Positions 1 through 10,561 of a stretch of DNA of 64,000 nt are shown here, piece after piece (the stretch's first letter is position 1; each line of letters begins with the position of its first letter). Both the position numbers and the translations under genes were made by a program. The notes beneath the pieces are model-generated. The model saw only the letters and a program-made list of their open reading frames with translations, made no database searches and had not been told where the DNA came from. This DNA comes from Candidatus Bathyarchaeota archaeon (lineage in GTDB: Archaea > Thermoproteota > Bathyarchaeia > Bathyarchaeales > Bathycorpusculaceae): the NCBI GenBank assembly GCA_963772455.1, contig CAVYXJ010000009.1:96001-160000 (forward strand), read 5' to 3'.

Positions 1-184
1 GATCAATAGTTGGAGTTGTTTGCTCGGTATAAGTTTTAGAAAACTGTGAATACTCATAACCTACTTGTAAACCAATAAAAAGAATTAGAACAATCAGTGC
101 CCCAATGTACTTTGGATTAGCCAAAATGCTCTTGAACGCTTTTTGCGGTGCATAAATAACTTTCAGGATGTCATCAATGAACAA
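1..184 (-). CDS. Partial membrane protein (Yip1-like N-terminus), runs off the window
   Basis: Manually translated from TTG at 184: MFIDDILKVIYAPQKAFKSILANPKYIGALIVLILFIGLQ...; the 'P.KAF..I...P' pattern followed by a TM helix is Yip1-like. Confidence 0.5.
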   Translation of the reverse strand, partial: MFIDDILKVIYAPQKAFKSILANPKYIGALIVLILFIGLQVGYEYSQFSKTYTEQTTPTID

Positions 185-345
185 TTTATTTCTAGACCTT
201 CGCCAAGTGAAGATTACGCGGCATTTATTAAGTGTTTTTCAACTAATTAGCTAACGCAACGAAAAGTTGCTCTATCCACAATTTTGCCCTTTATTCAAAC
301 GAATCAAACTAATTATTTAAAATTTCATTATGAATGCAACAATCA

Positions 346-1854
346 TTACATTCCTGTCTTGAGTCGCCGGTAAGTCGTGTAGTCCACGTATTCCACGAAT
401 GGATTTTCAGCTTGAAATTTAACGCTGATTTTTTGTCGTTTACGTTTGTCGAGCAATTGACTTGTTGTTCTAAGCATGTAAGCGTCGCTGCCTGCACCTG
501 AACCATAGCTTGCAACTAAAATGCGTTCATCCGGCTTAGCAACATCCAACACCGCAGCTAAACCGACAAGCGAGGCTCCCGAATACGTATTTCCAAACTT
601 TGTTATTTGAATCGCAGGCAAATACTGATCTTCTCTAAAACCGAGTTCTTTGGCTATTCGAACTGGAAACTGTGGATTAGGTTGATGAGGAACGAAATAG
701 TTTAGGTCAGTTGCTTTATAATTTAATTTCTCCATGAGTTTAGTGGCAGATTTTCGAACATGTTTAAAATATGCTGGGTCGCCAGTGAATCTTCCACCAT
801 GCATTGGATACTGTTCGCCATCTCTACGCCAAAAATCAGGAGTGTCAGAAGTGCAAGAATACCAACCTTCAACTTCGGCTATTACATCGTTTTTTCCAAA
901 AATAAAAGAGGCACCGCCGAAACCAACATATGTATCTAATTCCCCGCCCGCACAACCTCTAGGGGCAGCTTGAGAATTATCTGCGCCGATAACCATTGCG
1001 TATTTTATACAAGACCTTGGATAGCTAACCAACGCTGAAGCATCTTTGAACATGCTTGTGCCCGCTTTGCAAGCAAACTCAGTATCTACTGCATCAACGC
1101 TTTGAACGTCGCCGTCTTCTTCACCGAGCTTAAGAACTTGAGCTACCTTTGATGCAATAGGTTTAACGGCATAAGGGTTTGATTCTGAGCCAACATAGAC
1201 TTTTCCAATCCAAGTACTATCGAGACCTGAATGGATAAGGGCAAGCTTTCCAGCTTCAACCGAAGCAGTAACCGCGTCTTCATCTATGAATGGAACAGCA
1301 CGTTCCAAGCCGTCTTCTTTTATGCGGAAACGAGAAGTATAAGCGCCATAACCTACGATACCAGGCAATTCATATTCTTTGCTGGGTTGTACCACTTTGT
1401 ATTCTTGGTGTGGATAATATTCATCTGCTAAAGTGAAAGCTAAAGAAATTGTTGGAACAACCTCGCTTTTACCCACTGAATAACGTCTTCTGAAGCGAGG
1501 AATTACGTCCCTGCCTTCAAGGTTAGTTAAATCCACATCGTCACCTGCACAAATCAATTGGTCAGTTAATCTTGCGGGAACACGGATTTTTCCATCATGA
1601 AAGGAAACAATTCCGTAAACGAAACTTGAAAGTTTCATGAACTTGTTAGTTGGTTCATTGATATAGGTACATAATTCTAGTTTGCCCTTATCATAGAATA
1701 AGTCAACGCTATCCATTTTGCCATAGCTTTTTCTGCCGCAGTTACTGCAATAATCGCGTATTTCAAAATATTCTTTGCCGCAGCATTGACATCGGCTCGC
1801 TTTTAAGCGGTCGCCTAAGTAAGAAACACGTCTTTCTATTGGCTCACTACTCAT
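346..1854 (-). CDS. DUF35 (Zn-ribbon + OB-fold) fused N-terminally to archaeal HMG-CoA synthase
   Basis: N-terminal CQCC...CSNC zinc ribbon; HMGCS motifs GSES, EFACKAGT (catalytic Cys), HQPN, GNTYSG, SYGSGAGSD. Confidence 0.9.
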   Translation of the reverse strand: MSSEPIERRVSYLGDRLKASRCQCCGKEYFEIRDYCSNCGRKSYGKMDSVDLFYDKGKLELCTYINEPTNKFMKLSSFVYGIVSFHDGKIRVPARLTDQLICAGDDVDLTNLEGRDVIPRFRRRYSVGKSEVVPTISLAFTLADEYYPHQEYKVVQPSKEYELPGIVGYGAYTSRFRIKEDGLERAVPFIDEDAVTASVEAGKLALIHSGLDSTWIGKVYVGSESNPYAVKPIASKVAQVLKLGEEDGDVQSVDAVDTEFACKAGTSMFKDASALVSYPRSCIKYAMVIGADNSQAAPRGCAGGELDTYVGFGGASFIFGKNDVIAEVEGWYSCTSDTPDFWRRDGEQYPMHGGRFTGDPAYFKHVRKSATKLMEKLNYKATDLNYFVPHQPNPQFPVRIAKELGFREDQYLPAIQITKFGNTYSGASLVGLAAVLDVAKPDERILVASYGSGAGSDAYMLRTTSQLLDKRKRQKISVKFQAENPFVEYVDYTTYRRLKTGM

Positions 1855-3043
1855 TTTTGCATTCTCCTAATATGGTAACGTAGGCTTTTGTTCCAAAGCC
1901 CTCAAACTCTAATACGCAACCATTCTTTGGCATATCTTTACCAACGTGAACTTGTCTTTCGCCAGCTTCCCCACGAAGTTGACGATAAATCTCAAAGATC
2001 TGCGCCCCTCCAGTTGCACCCAGCGGGTTACCGTTTGCTTTTAAACCACCATCTGTATTAACATAAAGTGGTTTACCACCTATATCATAACAGTTTTGGC
2101 AGCCATGTATGCTTTTCCAGGCTGTTCCAGGCTGACAAAAACCCAAGTCTTCAAGAGAAACCATTTCCATCATAGTGGATTGGTCATAAACTTCGATAAT
2201 CTCTAAATTGGAAGGCTTGATTTTGGATGTTTCGGAAGCTTTCTTCATAGCAAGCTCAGCAGAAAGGAAATGGGATAAATCCGCTCTTGCTGGATAATTA
2301 AGATAGTCTGTTGCTGCACCAATGGCCAAAACGTTGACTGGTCGATCAGTCTTTTTCTTAGCCACTGATTCGCTTGTAAGAATCAGAGCTGATGCGCCAT
2401 CAGAAATTGGAGCAAAATCGTAGAGTCCTAAAGATTTCTGCGCTACTTTTCTTGCGCTTAAAACTTGATCAATGCTTATTTTTCTTTGATATTGGGCGTA
2501 TTTGTTTTTGGTTGCGTTAGCATGGTTCTTTACAGTAATCTCTGCTAAAGCCATGTTAAGTTGATCTAAGTTTTCACCTGTTATGTTATGTTTTTTTATG
2601 TAAGCACGAAGCATTAGTTCATGGTTTGATTCAGGTGTCCCACCTGCATAATAACTCCAAGGATCATCGAGGAGCATGAGATCGTCTCGGATTTTGTCCC
2701 AGCGATCTGTCATCTTCTCAATTCCGCCGACTAGAACAGTGTTGTAAGCTCCTGCTTGAATAGCATGGCAAGCTGTTAATAATGCGGCACTAAAAGAACG
2801 TGTGACCTCCATGGGCACATGAAGCTCAGTTAATTCTGAGAGAAAACCTTCTTCAAGACCTAATTTGTTTGTGATTGGAAGAAAGCAATCGGACATATAA
2901 CATGCTTCTAGGTCTTTTCGTTCTATGCTGCATTCATTTGAAGCGGCAAGCCAAGCTTCTTCAATTAGTTTTTCTGGTTCTTTGCCGTAGTGCTCTCCAA
3001 ACTTAGTTCGGCCAACAGCAACAATGGCTGGGCAATTTTGCAT
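1847..3043 (-). CDS. Thiolase-fold protein (archaeal acetoacetyl-CoA thiolase-like), catalytic residues apparently lost
   Basis: VGRTKFG, GGIEKM, APISDGASAL, NTDGGLKANGNPLGATG; likely start ATG 3043 behind a GGGGG SD; overlaps HMGCS by 8 nt. Confidence 0.85.
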   Translation of the reverse strand: MQNCPAIVAVGRTKFGEHYGKEPEKLIEEAWLAASNECSIERKDLEACYMSDCFLPITNKLGLEEGFLSELTELHVPMEVTRSFSAALLTACHAIQAGAYNTVLVGGIEKMTDRWDKIRDDLMLLDDPWSYYAGGTPESNHELMLRAYIKKHNITGENLDQLNMALAEITVKNHANATKNKYAQYQRKISIDQVLSARKVAQKSLGLYDFAPISDGASALILTSESVAKKKTDRPVNVLAIGAATDYLNYPARADLSHFLSAELAMKKASETSKIKPSNLEIIEVYDQSTMMEMVSLEDLGFCQPGTAWKSIHGCQNCYDIGGKPLYVNTDGGLKANGNPLGATGGAQIFEIYRQLRGEAGERQVHVGKDMPKNGCVLEFEGFGTKAYVTILGECKNE

Positions 3044-3323
3044 AATATACCCCCTTTTTGGATAGCCATAAAGATTTTCAAAAAAGACTATTAAGGGTTT
3101 GCCAAATTCCTCACAAAAATTTTGATTGTTATATATAGCAACCAATCAGAAAGATGCTTTCAAAAAATTAAGGATAGAAAGAAAAATTATAAGAAGTCTG
3201 GAGAGAATTATCCGAATTGTTACTTTAGTGAATAAATAAAATAATTCATTAAAAATCTGCACTTCGATAATTAAATTGCGAACGCTGTCGCAAAGATAAT
3301 CAAAAGCGACTTAAAAATTAGCT

Positions 3324-4730
3324 TTAAAAATGTCGAAGCACTTCATTATTTATTTCATTTTTTATTAACTGAGATTTTATTGCTTCAATGAGTTTCTGAA
3401 GTTTTTGGCTCAACTCAACGGGGTAAACTGGAGCGTTTGTTAATGCCTTAAATTCTGCTGGAAGTTTAGAAATGTCTTCTGAAGCCTTGCTGCGGATTTC
3501 ATTAATAGTTGGAAGATTATAGATGATCTTGCCTTTGTCCATGACCTTAAGGAGTAACGGCTCACCCTTAACTTTTTCATCTGATAATGCGATGAGGTCT
3601 TTTTCAAAACTGCCCTCTTTATTCTTAAATCGATACACCTGCTTTCTTCCAGGCAAAGTAATTTTGTCTTTGCTTAACTTCATTTTGGGTGAAAAGCTGC
3701 CATCAGATCTCATTGTTTCACACAGTTTGTAGATAACGTCAAGGTAAGGTCTATCAGCTGAAGTGCCCATCTTAGTTCCAACACCAAACGCATCAATCAT
3801 GACGTTGTCATTGAGGAGTTGGGTGATTTTAAATTCGTCCAAGTCGCCACTTGCAAAAATCTTAATTTCCTTTAAATTATTGGCATCTAAGATTTTCCTA
3901 ATTTCTTGACTGTTTTTTGCTAAGTCACCGCTGTCCAGTCGAATTCCTCCAAGAGTATACCCTTTTGATTCGAGTTCTTTGGCGACTATTACGGCTTTTT
4001 CCGCTCCTGCCATAACATCGTATGTGTCTATTAGAAGGGTTGATTTGTTTGGGAATGTTTTGACGAAAGCTCTGAAGGCATCGATTTCCTTTTGGTAAGA
4101 CATAACAAATGAGTGAGCCATCGTGCCATAAACTGGAATACCATATGCCATTGCCGCTAGAACATTACTGGTTCCTTGACACCCAGCGATGTAACTTGAG
4201 CGAGCTACTTTCATCCCAGCATCAATACCCTGTTCACGTCTTAAACCAAATTCGATTATTGATTTGCCTTTAGCCGAATGGACTACTCGTGAAGCTTTAG
4301 TCGCTATCATAGTTTGAAGGTTAATTGTGTTTAAAAGAAACGTCTCTACAAGCTGCGCTTCAATAATAGGAGCTGATACACGAATTAATGGTTCATTGGG
4401 AAAAACCACAGTACCTTCTGGAACAGCCCATACTTCACCATTGAAATGGAAAGCATTGAGATAATCTAGGAAGTCATCGTTGAATCCCTGTTCTTTTAGG
4501 TAAATCAAATGATCTTTTGTAAAACTAATGCTTTGCAGATATTGTAAAGCTTCTTCTAACCCCGCGAATAGAAAGTATGAGCGATTTTCTGGCAACCGCC
4601 TAATGAAAAGCTCAAATGTGGCATTTTCAAAGTTCTTGTTGTCAAAGTAGCTTGCACACATGGTTAACTCATAATAATCAGTAAATAAGCTCATGTTTTG
4701 CAGTTTTAGGAAATCCAGAAAAGAGTTCAT
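3324..4730 (-). CDS. pncB: Nicotinate phosphoribosyltransferase
   Basis: TDYYELTM, EFGLRR, GTMAHS, LIDTYD, RLDSGD, ASGDLDE motifs. Confidence 0.95.
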   Translation of the reverse strand: MNSFLDFLKLQNMSLFTDYYELTMCASYFDNKNFENATFELFIRRLPENRSYFLFAGLEEALQYLQSISFTKDHLIYLKEQGFNDDFLDYLNAFHFNGEVWAVPEGTVVFPNEPLIRVSAPIIEAQLVETFLLNTINLQTMIATKASRVVHSAKGKSIIEFGLRREQGIDAGMKVARSSYIAGCQGTSNVLAAMAYGIPVYGTMAHSFVMSYQKEIDAFRAFVKTFPNKSTLLIDTYDVMAGAEKAVIVAKELESKGYTLGGIRLDSGDLAKNSQEIRKILDANNLKEIKIFASGDLDEFKITQLLNDNVMIDAFGVGTKMGTSADRPYLDVIYKLCETMRSDGSFSPKMKLSKDKITLPGRKQVYRFKNKEGSFEKDLIALSDEKVKGEPLLLKVMDKGKIIYNLPTINEIRSKASEDISKLPAEFKALTNAPVYPVELSQKLQKLIEAIKSQLIKNEINNEVLRHF

Positions 4731-4957
4731 GAACTATTAGGGGAAACTTTGCTGATTTAACGCTTTCTTAAAGTTTTAAGACCTAATTATTAATTTGCTT
4801 CTGTAAGGCTACATCAAATACCCGGTCAATGGAACCAAACTATCTTAGTATAACAATATACTCAAAACACTTTCACTTCCAATTACCCCTCCCCTGCAAG
4901 CAAACTCTGCTTATTCGTGTGTTTTAAATATCCCTAACCATACATCATCCTAAAAGT

Positions 4958-6010
4958 GTGAAGTTAATGACTGATGACTCCGATGTTGAAGAGCAGGAAA
5001 ATAGCGAAGAAACTATATTGGAAACAAACAGGAAAAAATACCAATTCATTGAAGATCTGCCAGGAGTTGGACCTGCAACTGCTCAAAAACTCAAAGAGCT
5101 CGGTTATCACACTGTAGAATCTTTAGCGATGGCAACTAGCCGTGAACTCGAGCCGGTTGGAGTAAGCGAGAAAAAAGCCTTCCAAGTCATTGAAGCCGCA
5201 CGCTCATCAATTGGCATTTCATTTATTCGAGCTGATGAACTCTTCAAAATGCGCCAAACCGTCTTGCGGGTAACTACCGGCAGTAAAGCCTTAGACAAAA
5301 TCGTTGACGGCGGTTTAGAAACCCAAACTATAACAGAATTTTACGGTGAATATGGCAGCGGTAAAAGCCAAATGTGCCATCAATTATGCATCAATGTTCA
5401 ATTGCCTCCGGAAAAAGGTGGACTTAATGGAGGAGCATTGTATGTAGATACCGAGAATACTTTCAGATTGGAACGTATTGTTCAGATGGCAAAGTTTGCG
5501 GGTTTAGATCCGGCAGAAGCTGTTAAAAAAATTATTTACGCTGAAGCTTATACTTCAGATCACCAAATGTTCTTGCTTGAAAACGCTGATGAAATAATCA
5601 AAGCAAACAACATCAAACTAATCATAATAGACTCATTAACTGCCCATTTTAGAAGCGAATATATAGGAAGAGAAATGCTTGCATCAAGACAACAAAGACT
5701 CAATAAACATATGCACAAACTCATCGCTTTAGCAAGAGCATTCAATGCAGTTGCAGTCGTAACCAACCAGGTGATGGCAAAACCAGATCAATTCTTCGGT
5801 GACGCCATTCATCCTATAGGTGGAAACATTGTTGGCCACACAAGCAACACGCGAATCTACTTAAGACGTGCATCTCATGGACCAATTCGAATTGCAAGAC
5901 TTGTTTCAAGTCCATATTTACCAGAAGGCGAGGAAATCCTTAAAGTAACCGAAAACGGAATAGAGGATGTCTCTGAAGAAGAGAAAGCAACCAAACCTCG
6001 TGGACGCTAA
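4958..6010 (+). CDS. radA: DNA repair and recombination protein RadA
   Basis: HhH LPGVGPATA, Walker A GEYGSGKS, YVDTENTF, IIIDSL, VTNQV. Confidence 0.97.
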   Translation: MKLMTDDSDVEEQENSEETILETNRKKYQFIEDLPGVGPATAQKLKELGYHTVESLAMATSRELEPVGVSEKKAFQVIEAARSSIGISFIRADELFKMRQTVLRVTTGSKALDKIVDGGLETQTITEFYGEYGSGKSQMCHQLCINVQLPPEKGGLNGGALYVDTENTFRLERIVQMAKFAGLDPAEAVKKIIYAEAYTSDHQMFLLENADEIIKANNIKLIIIDSLTAHFRSEYIGREMLASRQQRLNKHMHKLIALARAFNAVAVVTNQVMAKPDQFFGDAIHPIGGNIVGHTSNTRIYLRRASHGPIRIARLVSSPYLPEGEEILKVTENGIEDVSEEEKATKPRGR

Positions 6011-6013
6011 AGT

Positions 6014-6487
6014 ATGCCGATATCACAAGCCTTAGTTACAAGATACTTCCAGCTGCTAGTCAGCAGACAATTCACAGAAGCTGAACGCGAGCTTGAAAGA
6101 GTCAAACAAAAAATGCAGAAAACCGAATGGAACAGAGGATATTTCCGAGCACTTTATGGAATGTATCTTTCACGCAAAAACAGTGCCACAGATGACTACG
6201 CTTTTTTTTCAAAAATTGATCTAACTGATAAAGTAAATTTGCATGCTTACAGAAAAGAATTCCTCGACCATATGCGCAACGGCTTACATGGAGATTTCGA
6301 CCGCGGATTCTTTTCAGCTTGGGCAGATTGCATGCGAATTCTAACACGAATGGACGTTCCTAATTCTCAAAGCAGCAATGGAAAAGATAATAGCGACGAA
6401 GAAAAAATTGAAACACTCAGAAGCGACAAAAGTCAGGCGACAATAGCCAATTTTTTAGTTAAACCCAAAGAAAATAAAGAAGAATAA
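6014..6487 (+). CDS. Hypothetical helical protein co-transcribed with radA
   Basis: 157-aa ORF 3 nt after the radA stop; internal repeat WNRGYFRA / FDRGFFSA. Confidence 0.7.
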   Translation: MPISQALVTRYFQLLVSRQFTEAERELERVKQKMQKTEWNRGYFRALYGMYLSRKNSATDDYAFFSKIDLTDKVNLHAYRKEFLDHMRNGLHGDFDRGFFSAWADCMRILTRMDVPNSQSSNGKDNSDEEKIETLRSDKSQATIANFLVKPKENKEE

Positions 6488-6493
6488 AAAAAA

Positions 6494-6793
6494 CTAAACT
6501 TGTCCTAACGCTACTAAAAATACAGTGTAAAACAGGACAAAGAAAGATAACCAACTAAAGAAGTACATTCCAATGGCAGTGCTGAGGATTTTTGATTGTT
6601 TCTCGATTTTGTTTTTGTAAAATCCCCTGAGAATGTAATATGTTACGAAGTAGATTAGTAAAGCTACTGTTATGCTATTTACAAGGGTAGTAATGTCGCT
6701 TGAATTTCCGAATGTGGCTAAACCACCCGTTATTGCACCTGCAATAATGCCTAACACAACTCTTAACCAGTAAAGTTGGACTATAGGTGTCAT
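6494..6793 (-). CDS. Small 3-TM membrane protein, EMC6/Rab5ip-like
   Basis: YWLRVVLGIIAGAITG...LIYFVTYY...GMYFFSWLSFFVLFYT pattern. Confidence 0.6.
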   Translation of the reverse strand: MTPIVQLYWLRVVLGIIAGAITGGLATFGNSSDITTLVNSITVALLIYFVTYYILRGFYKNKIEKQSKILSTAIGMYFFSWLSFFVLFYTVFLVALGQV

Positions 6794-6957
6794 CTAAATC
6801 TAATCCTTGGCTGAGTATATTTGTTCTTACTTAAAAAAGATGCCTAAGTATTAATCATTTCTGCCCCTCTAAACTTTGCAATCTCCAACCCAGAATTATA
6901 GTGAAACGGTTATTTTATAGCCAACTCTGCAATAGAGTCCTACCATTGGTGGATGTC

Positions 6958-9015
6958 TTGCGCAAAAAAGATTTCTCAAGCTTTGACATTGCGGCAGCAA
7001 TAAAAGAACTAAAAACCACTTTGGACCAATCCAGAGTGAACAACATCTACCAACTCGACGAGAAAACAATAATTTTCAAACTGCATAAAACAGACATGCC
7101 TCCTATTCGATTGGTTATGGAAGCAGGCAGGAGATTGCACGTTACCAGTTATGCAGAAGAAAACCCTTCGGAACCCCCAACGTTCTGTATGACATTAAGA
7201 AAATATTTGCGCAACGCTTGGGTGGCGGGAATTGAACAACACGAATTTGAAAGAATCGTAACAGTAAGTTTTCGCACCAAAACTGGCGTGTTAAAGCTTG
7301 TTGTGGAGCTTTTCGGCGAAGGCAACCTCATACTAACAAATGAACAAAACGTAATTATTCATGCTTTAGCTTTCAAAAAAATGCGTGACCGCGACATATT
7401 GCATAATGTAGTTTTGGAGCTTCCGCCTTCAAGCGGCAAAAACCCGTTCAAAGTAACTCAAACTGAATTGGAAGAAGCCCTCAAAAACGCAGGCGAAACT
7501 GAAGTTGTTAGGTCTATAGCGCGTTTCTTGGGTGTGGGGGGAGTTTATGCAGAAGAGATCCTTCTGCGAGCTAACATCGATAAAACCAAGCATTGCAGCG
7601 TCCTCACTATGGATGATGTTAAAGTAATTTATGAAACACTGCAAACCTTGTTGGCTGCGGTTTCAGGTGGGAATTTGGAGGCAGCAATCGTTTTAGGTGA
7701 AGATGGAGAATTTTTTGATGTTGTACCTATCAAACTCAAACGTTATGAAGGGTTCAAAACACAGGTTTACCAATCTTTTAACCAGGCTTTAGACGAGTTT
7801 TACCTGCGGGTAACGGTTGCTGAAAGAGCTGTTAACCATCTTGAAGTGGATAAGTTAAAGAAAGAAGCTGAAAGGTTAAGGCGCATGGTTGCTGAACAGG
7901 AAAAATCCATTCAGGAAGATGAAGCAAAATCAGAACGAGACAAACTCATCGGCGACACAATCTACGCCCACTTCAACGAACTCCAAACATTCCAAGAACA
8001 ACTCCTAAAAGCCAACCAGCAAGGACATGAATGGGAAACAATCATCACAACTGTTATGGCTGCGAAGAAAACAGGCAAACCGCCAGCTGCTTATGTTGAA
8101 TCGTTTGATGGAAAAAACCTTGCATTAAACCTTGGCGTGGACAGTTTCCACTTTAGTTTTAACCTTAGAGATTCGCTCTTCGAAAATGCTAACAGGTACT
8201 ATGAACATGGCAAACGCGCAAAAGAGAAATCTCAAGGCGCCCTCTTTGCGCTTCAGGATTCTAAGAGGAAACTCGCTAAAATCGAGCGTGAATTGGCTCA
8301 AGCGGAAGAACTTAAAAGCCTCAAGCCTGCTGAAATCATGGAAGCCCTATCGAAGCGCAAGGTAGAAATGGAGAATAGGGAATGGTACGAGAAATTCCGT
8401 TGGTTCATTACTTCGGATGGTTTTTTGGTGGTTGCGGGAAAAGACACAGTTAGCAATGAAGTGCTTGTCAAAAAGTATGCTACGATGGAAGACGCGGTTT
8501 TCCACGCTGAAATTACGGGGTCACCTTTCGTAGTCGTTAAAGCGGAGGGCAAACCGATAAGTGAGCAAGCGCTGCGTGAAGCTGGAGATTTTGCTGCGTC
8601 TTATTCGCGGGCTTGGCGAGAAAATCTTGGGACAGCAGATGTTTACTGGGTAAAAGTTGACCAGCTCAGCAAAAGTGGCCCGTCTGGGGAATCGGTTCCT
8701 CATGGCGCTTTCTTTGTGGTGGGCAAGCGCAATTGGATGCGAAACGTGCCGCTCCGAGTCGCAGTAGGCATAATTGTTGGGGAAGAAACAAGTTTTGTGG
8801 GAGGACCTGTGGAAGCGGTTAAAGCGAAAACAAAAGCTTACGTGGTTATCCTTCCAGGAGATACGATGGGGAAAGATTTGCTTAAACAGATTCTGAAATC
8901 ACTCATGCTCAAGCTGTCAAAGGAGCAACGTGAGAAAGCTGGCAAAACTTCAATTGAACAAATCCGAGAGTTCGTTCCTTACACGAAAGGCGCGATAAAT
9001 CTTAAAGCAGCCTGA
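6958..9015 (+). CDS. rqcH: Ribosome quality-control protein Rqc2/RqcH (NFACT family)
   Basis: FCMTLRKYL, ERIV, ELFGEGNLIL, coiled coil, WYEKFRWF, AGKD..SNE; probable TTG start at 6958 (ORF open from 6901). Confidence 0.92.
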   Translation: MRKKDFSSFDIAAAIKELKTTLDQSRVNNIYQLDEKTIIFKLHKTDMPPIRLVMEAGRRLHVTSYAEENPSEPPTFCMTLRKYLRNAWVAGIEQHEFERIVTVSFRTKTGVLKLVVELFGEGNLILTNEQNVIIHALAFKKMRDRDILHNVVLELPPSSGKNPFKVTQTELEEALKNAGETEVVRSIARFLGVGGVYAEEILLRANIDKTKHCSVLTMDDVKVIYETLQTLLAAVSGGNLEAAIVLGEDGEFFDVVPIKLKRYEGFKTQVYQSFNQALDEFYLRVTVAERAVNHLEVDKLKKEAERLRRMVAEQEKSIQEDEAKSERDKLIGDTIYAHFNELQTFQEQLLKANQQGHEWETIITTVMAAKKTGKPPAAYVESFDGKNLALNLGVDSFHFSFNLRDSLFENANRYYEHGKRAKEKSQGALFALQDSKRKLAKIERELAQAEELKSLKPAEIMEALSKRKVEMENREWYEKFRWFITSDGFLVVAGKDTVSNEVLVKKYATMEDAVFHAEITGSPFVVVKAEGKPISEQALREAGDFAASYSRAWRENLGTADVYWVKVDQLSKSGPSGESVPHGAFFVVGKRNWMRNVPLRVAVGIIVGEETSFVGGPVEAVKAKTKAYVVILPGDTMGKDLLKQILKSLMLKLSKEQREKAGKTSIEQIREFVPYTKGAINLKAA

Positions 9016-9310
9016 TACTATTCTAAAAAACCTGTTACATTTAAAACGTGCCAAGTTAGATTATTTTTTTAAACAATGGTTCACGTCTGCGCTAAAGTGT
9101 TAAGAAGTTTATCAAGCTCTGCAAAACCTTCTTCCCGTTTTCCACTTTGAAACCAAAAGACATTCTAGAAAAAACAAAAAATTCACCTAAAAACAATTGT
9201 AGCTCTTTAGTTTAAAAGTTTTAACGTTGACATTTCTGATTGTTAAGCGATTACTACGCGCAGTGAACTAGTTTTTATTATAATTCAATAATAATTAAAA
9301 TGAGGTTGGT

Positions 9311-9919
9311 TTGTTGGATAAAATTGACTTTAAAAAAGAGTTAAAAAACCTGTACAATCCTTCGGTGAAAGAAGTTACGGCTGTTGATGTTCCAGCTATG
9401 AATTTTCTATTGGTTGATGGAGAAGGTTCGCCTTCATCACCGAAATATATCGAGGCTATTGAGGCTTTATTTAGTGTCTCTTATACGCTCAAATTTATGG
9501 TTAAGAAAGGCAAGGGCGTTGATTACGTTGTTATGCCGTTGGAAAGCTTATGGTGGGTTGATGATATGACTAAGTTTAGTGCGGACAGAAAAGATGAGTG
9601 GAAATGGACAGCTATGATAATGCAGCCAAAGTACGTAACAGCCGAAGATTTCAAAATAGCGGTTGACCAGGTAAAGAAGAAAAAGAATCCTACTGCGCTG
9701 CTCAAGGTTCGGTTTGAAAGTTACAAAGAAGGATTATCCGCACAAATAATGTATATTGGACCATTTTCAGCTGAAGGACCAACCATAACAAAAATCCACT
9801 CACACATCCAAAAAAGTGGGCATGAACTAAGCGGCAAACACCACGAAATCTACCTAAACAACCCGGCCACAACAGCGCCAGAAAAATTAAAAACCATCAT
9901 AAGGCAACCCATGAAATAA
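9311..9919 (+). CDS. GyrI-like small-molecule-binding domain protein
   Basis: KIDFKK, VMPLESLWW, WKWTAMIMQP, GKHHEIYL, KTIIRQP. Confidence 0.85.
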   Translation: MLDKIDFKKELKNLYNPSVKEVTAVDVPAMNFLLVDGEGSPSSPKYIEAIEALFSVSYTLKFMVKKGKGVDYVVMPLESLWWVDDMTKFSADRKDEWKWTAMIMQPKYVTAEDFKIAVDQVKKKKNPTALLKVRFESYKEGLSAQIMYIGPFSAEGPTITKIHSHIQKSGHELSGKHHEIYLNNPATTAPEKLKTIIRQPMK

Positions 9920-10030
9920 CGCAGCCCATTGAAGCAACCATCTTTTAAAAATGGGTTAGATCCCTCAGATCAACCCTTTCCACCCCTATTTAAAAAAAAA
10001 TTCTAATTTAATTGTTCAAACTACGTCACC

Positions 10031-10561
10031 TTATTGAATTCGCTTTGATAATTCAGCGATTTGACCTCTAAATTTTTCGCGCATTTGTGTGAAGCGCATG
10101 GCGGCCGATGGATGAACAACCTGAATATATTCGATGCCGTCTATTCTGGGAGTATCCTTTGCAGATGCACCAAGGAGCACTATTATTTTTGGTTTAATAA
10201 ATCTGATTTGAGTGATTAAATAAGGTAAGCAAGCTGCAACCTCGTCGGGGAAGGGTTTGCGGTTTTTTGGAGAAACATGCTTGACAATGTTGGTTATGAA
10301 GACATCTTCGCGTTTTATGCCAAATTCAGCGAGGGTTTTAGTCAGGTATTTTCCTGATCGACCAACAAACGGTCTACCCAACTCATCCTCATCCGCCCCA
10401 GGATTCTGCCCCACAAACATAACTTTAGCATGTAAAGGTCCCTCACCTGGCACGCCATGTTTAGCGCCTTGCCAGAGCCTGCATTTCTTGCAGTCATAAA
10501 TTTGTGTGTTAAATTCTTCCATTGATTGGTAACCGCCTTGTTGGTGGCTATTAACAGTCAC
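10031..10561 (-). CDS. Uracil-DNA glycosylase family 4-like
   Basis: CKKCRL, GEG, VGQNPG, GRPFVGRSG, ITNIVK, HPSA. Confidence 0.88.
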   Translation of the reverse strand: MTVNSHQQGGYQSMEEFNTQIYDCKKCRLWQGAKHGVPGEGPLHAKVMFVGQNPGADEDELGRPFVGRSGKYLTKTLAEFGIKREDVFITNIVKHVSPKNRKPFPDEVAACLPYLITQIRFIKPKIIVLLGASAKDTPRIDGIEYIQVVHPSAAMRFTQMREKFRGQIAELSKRIQ

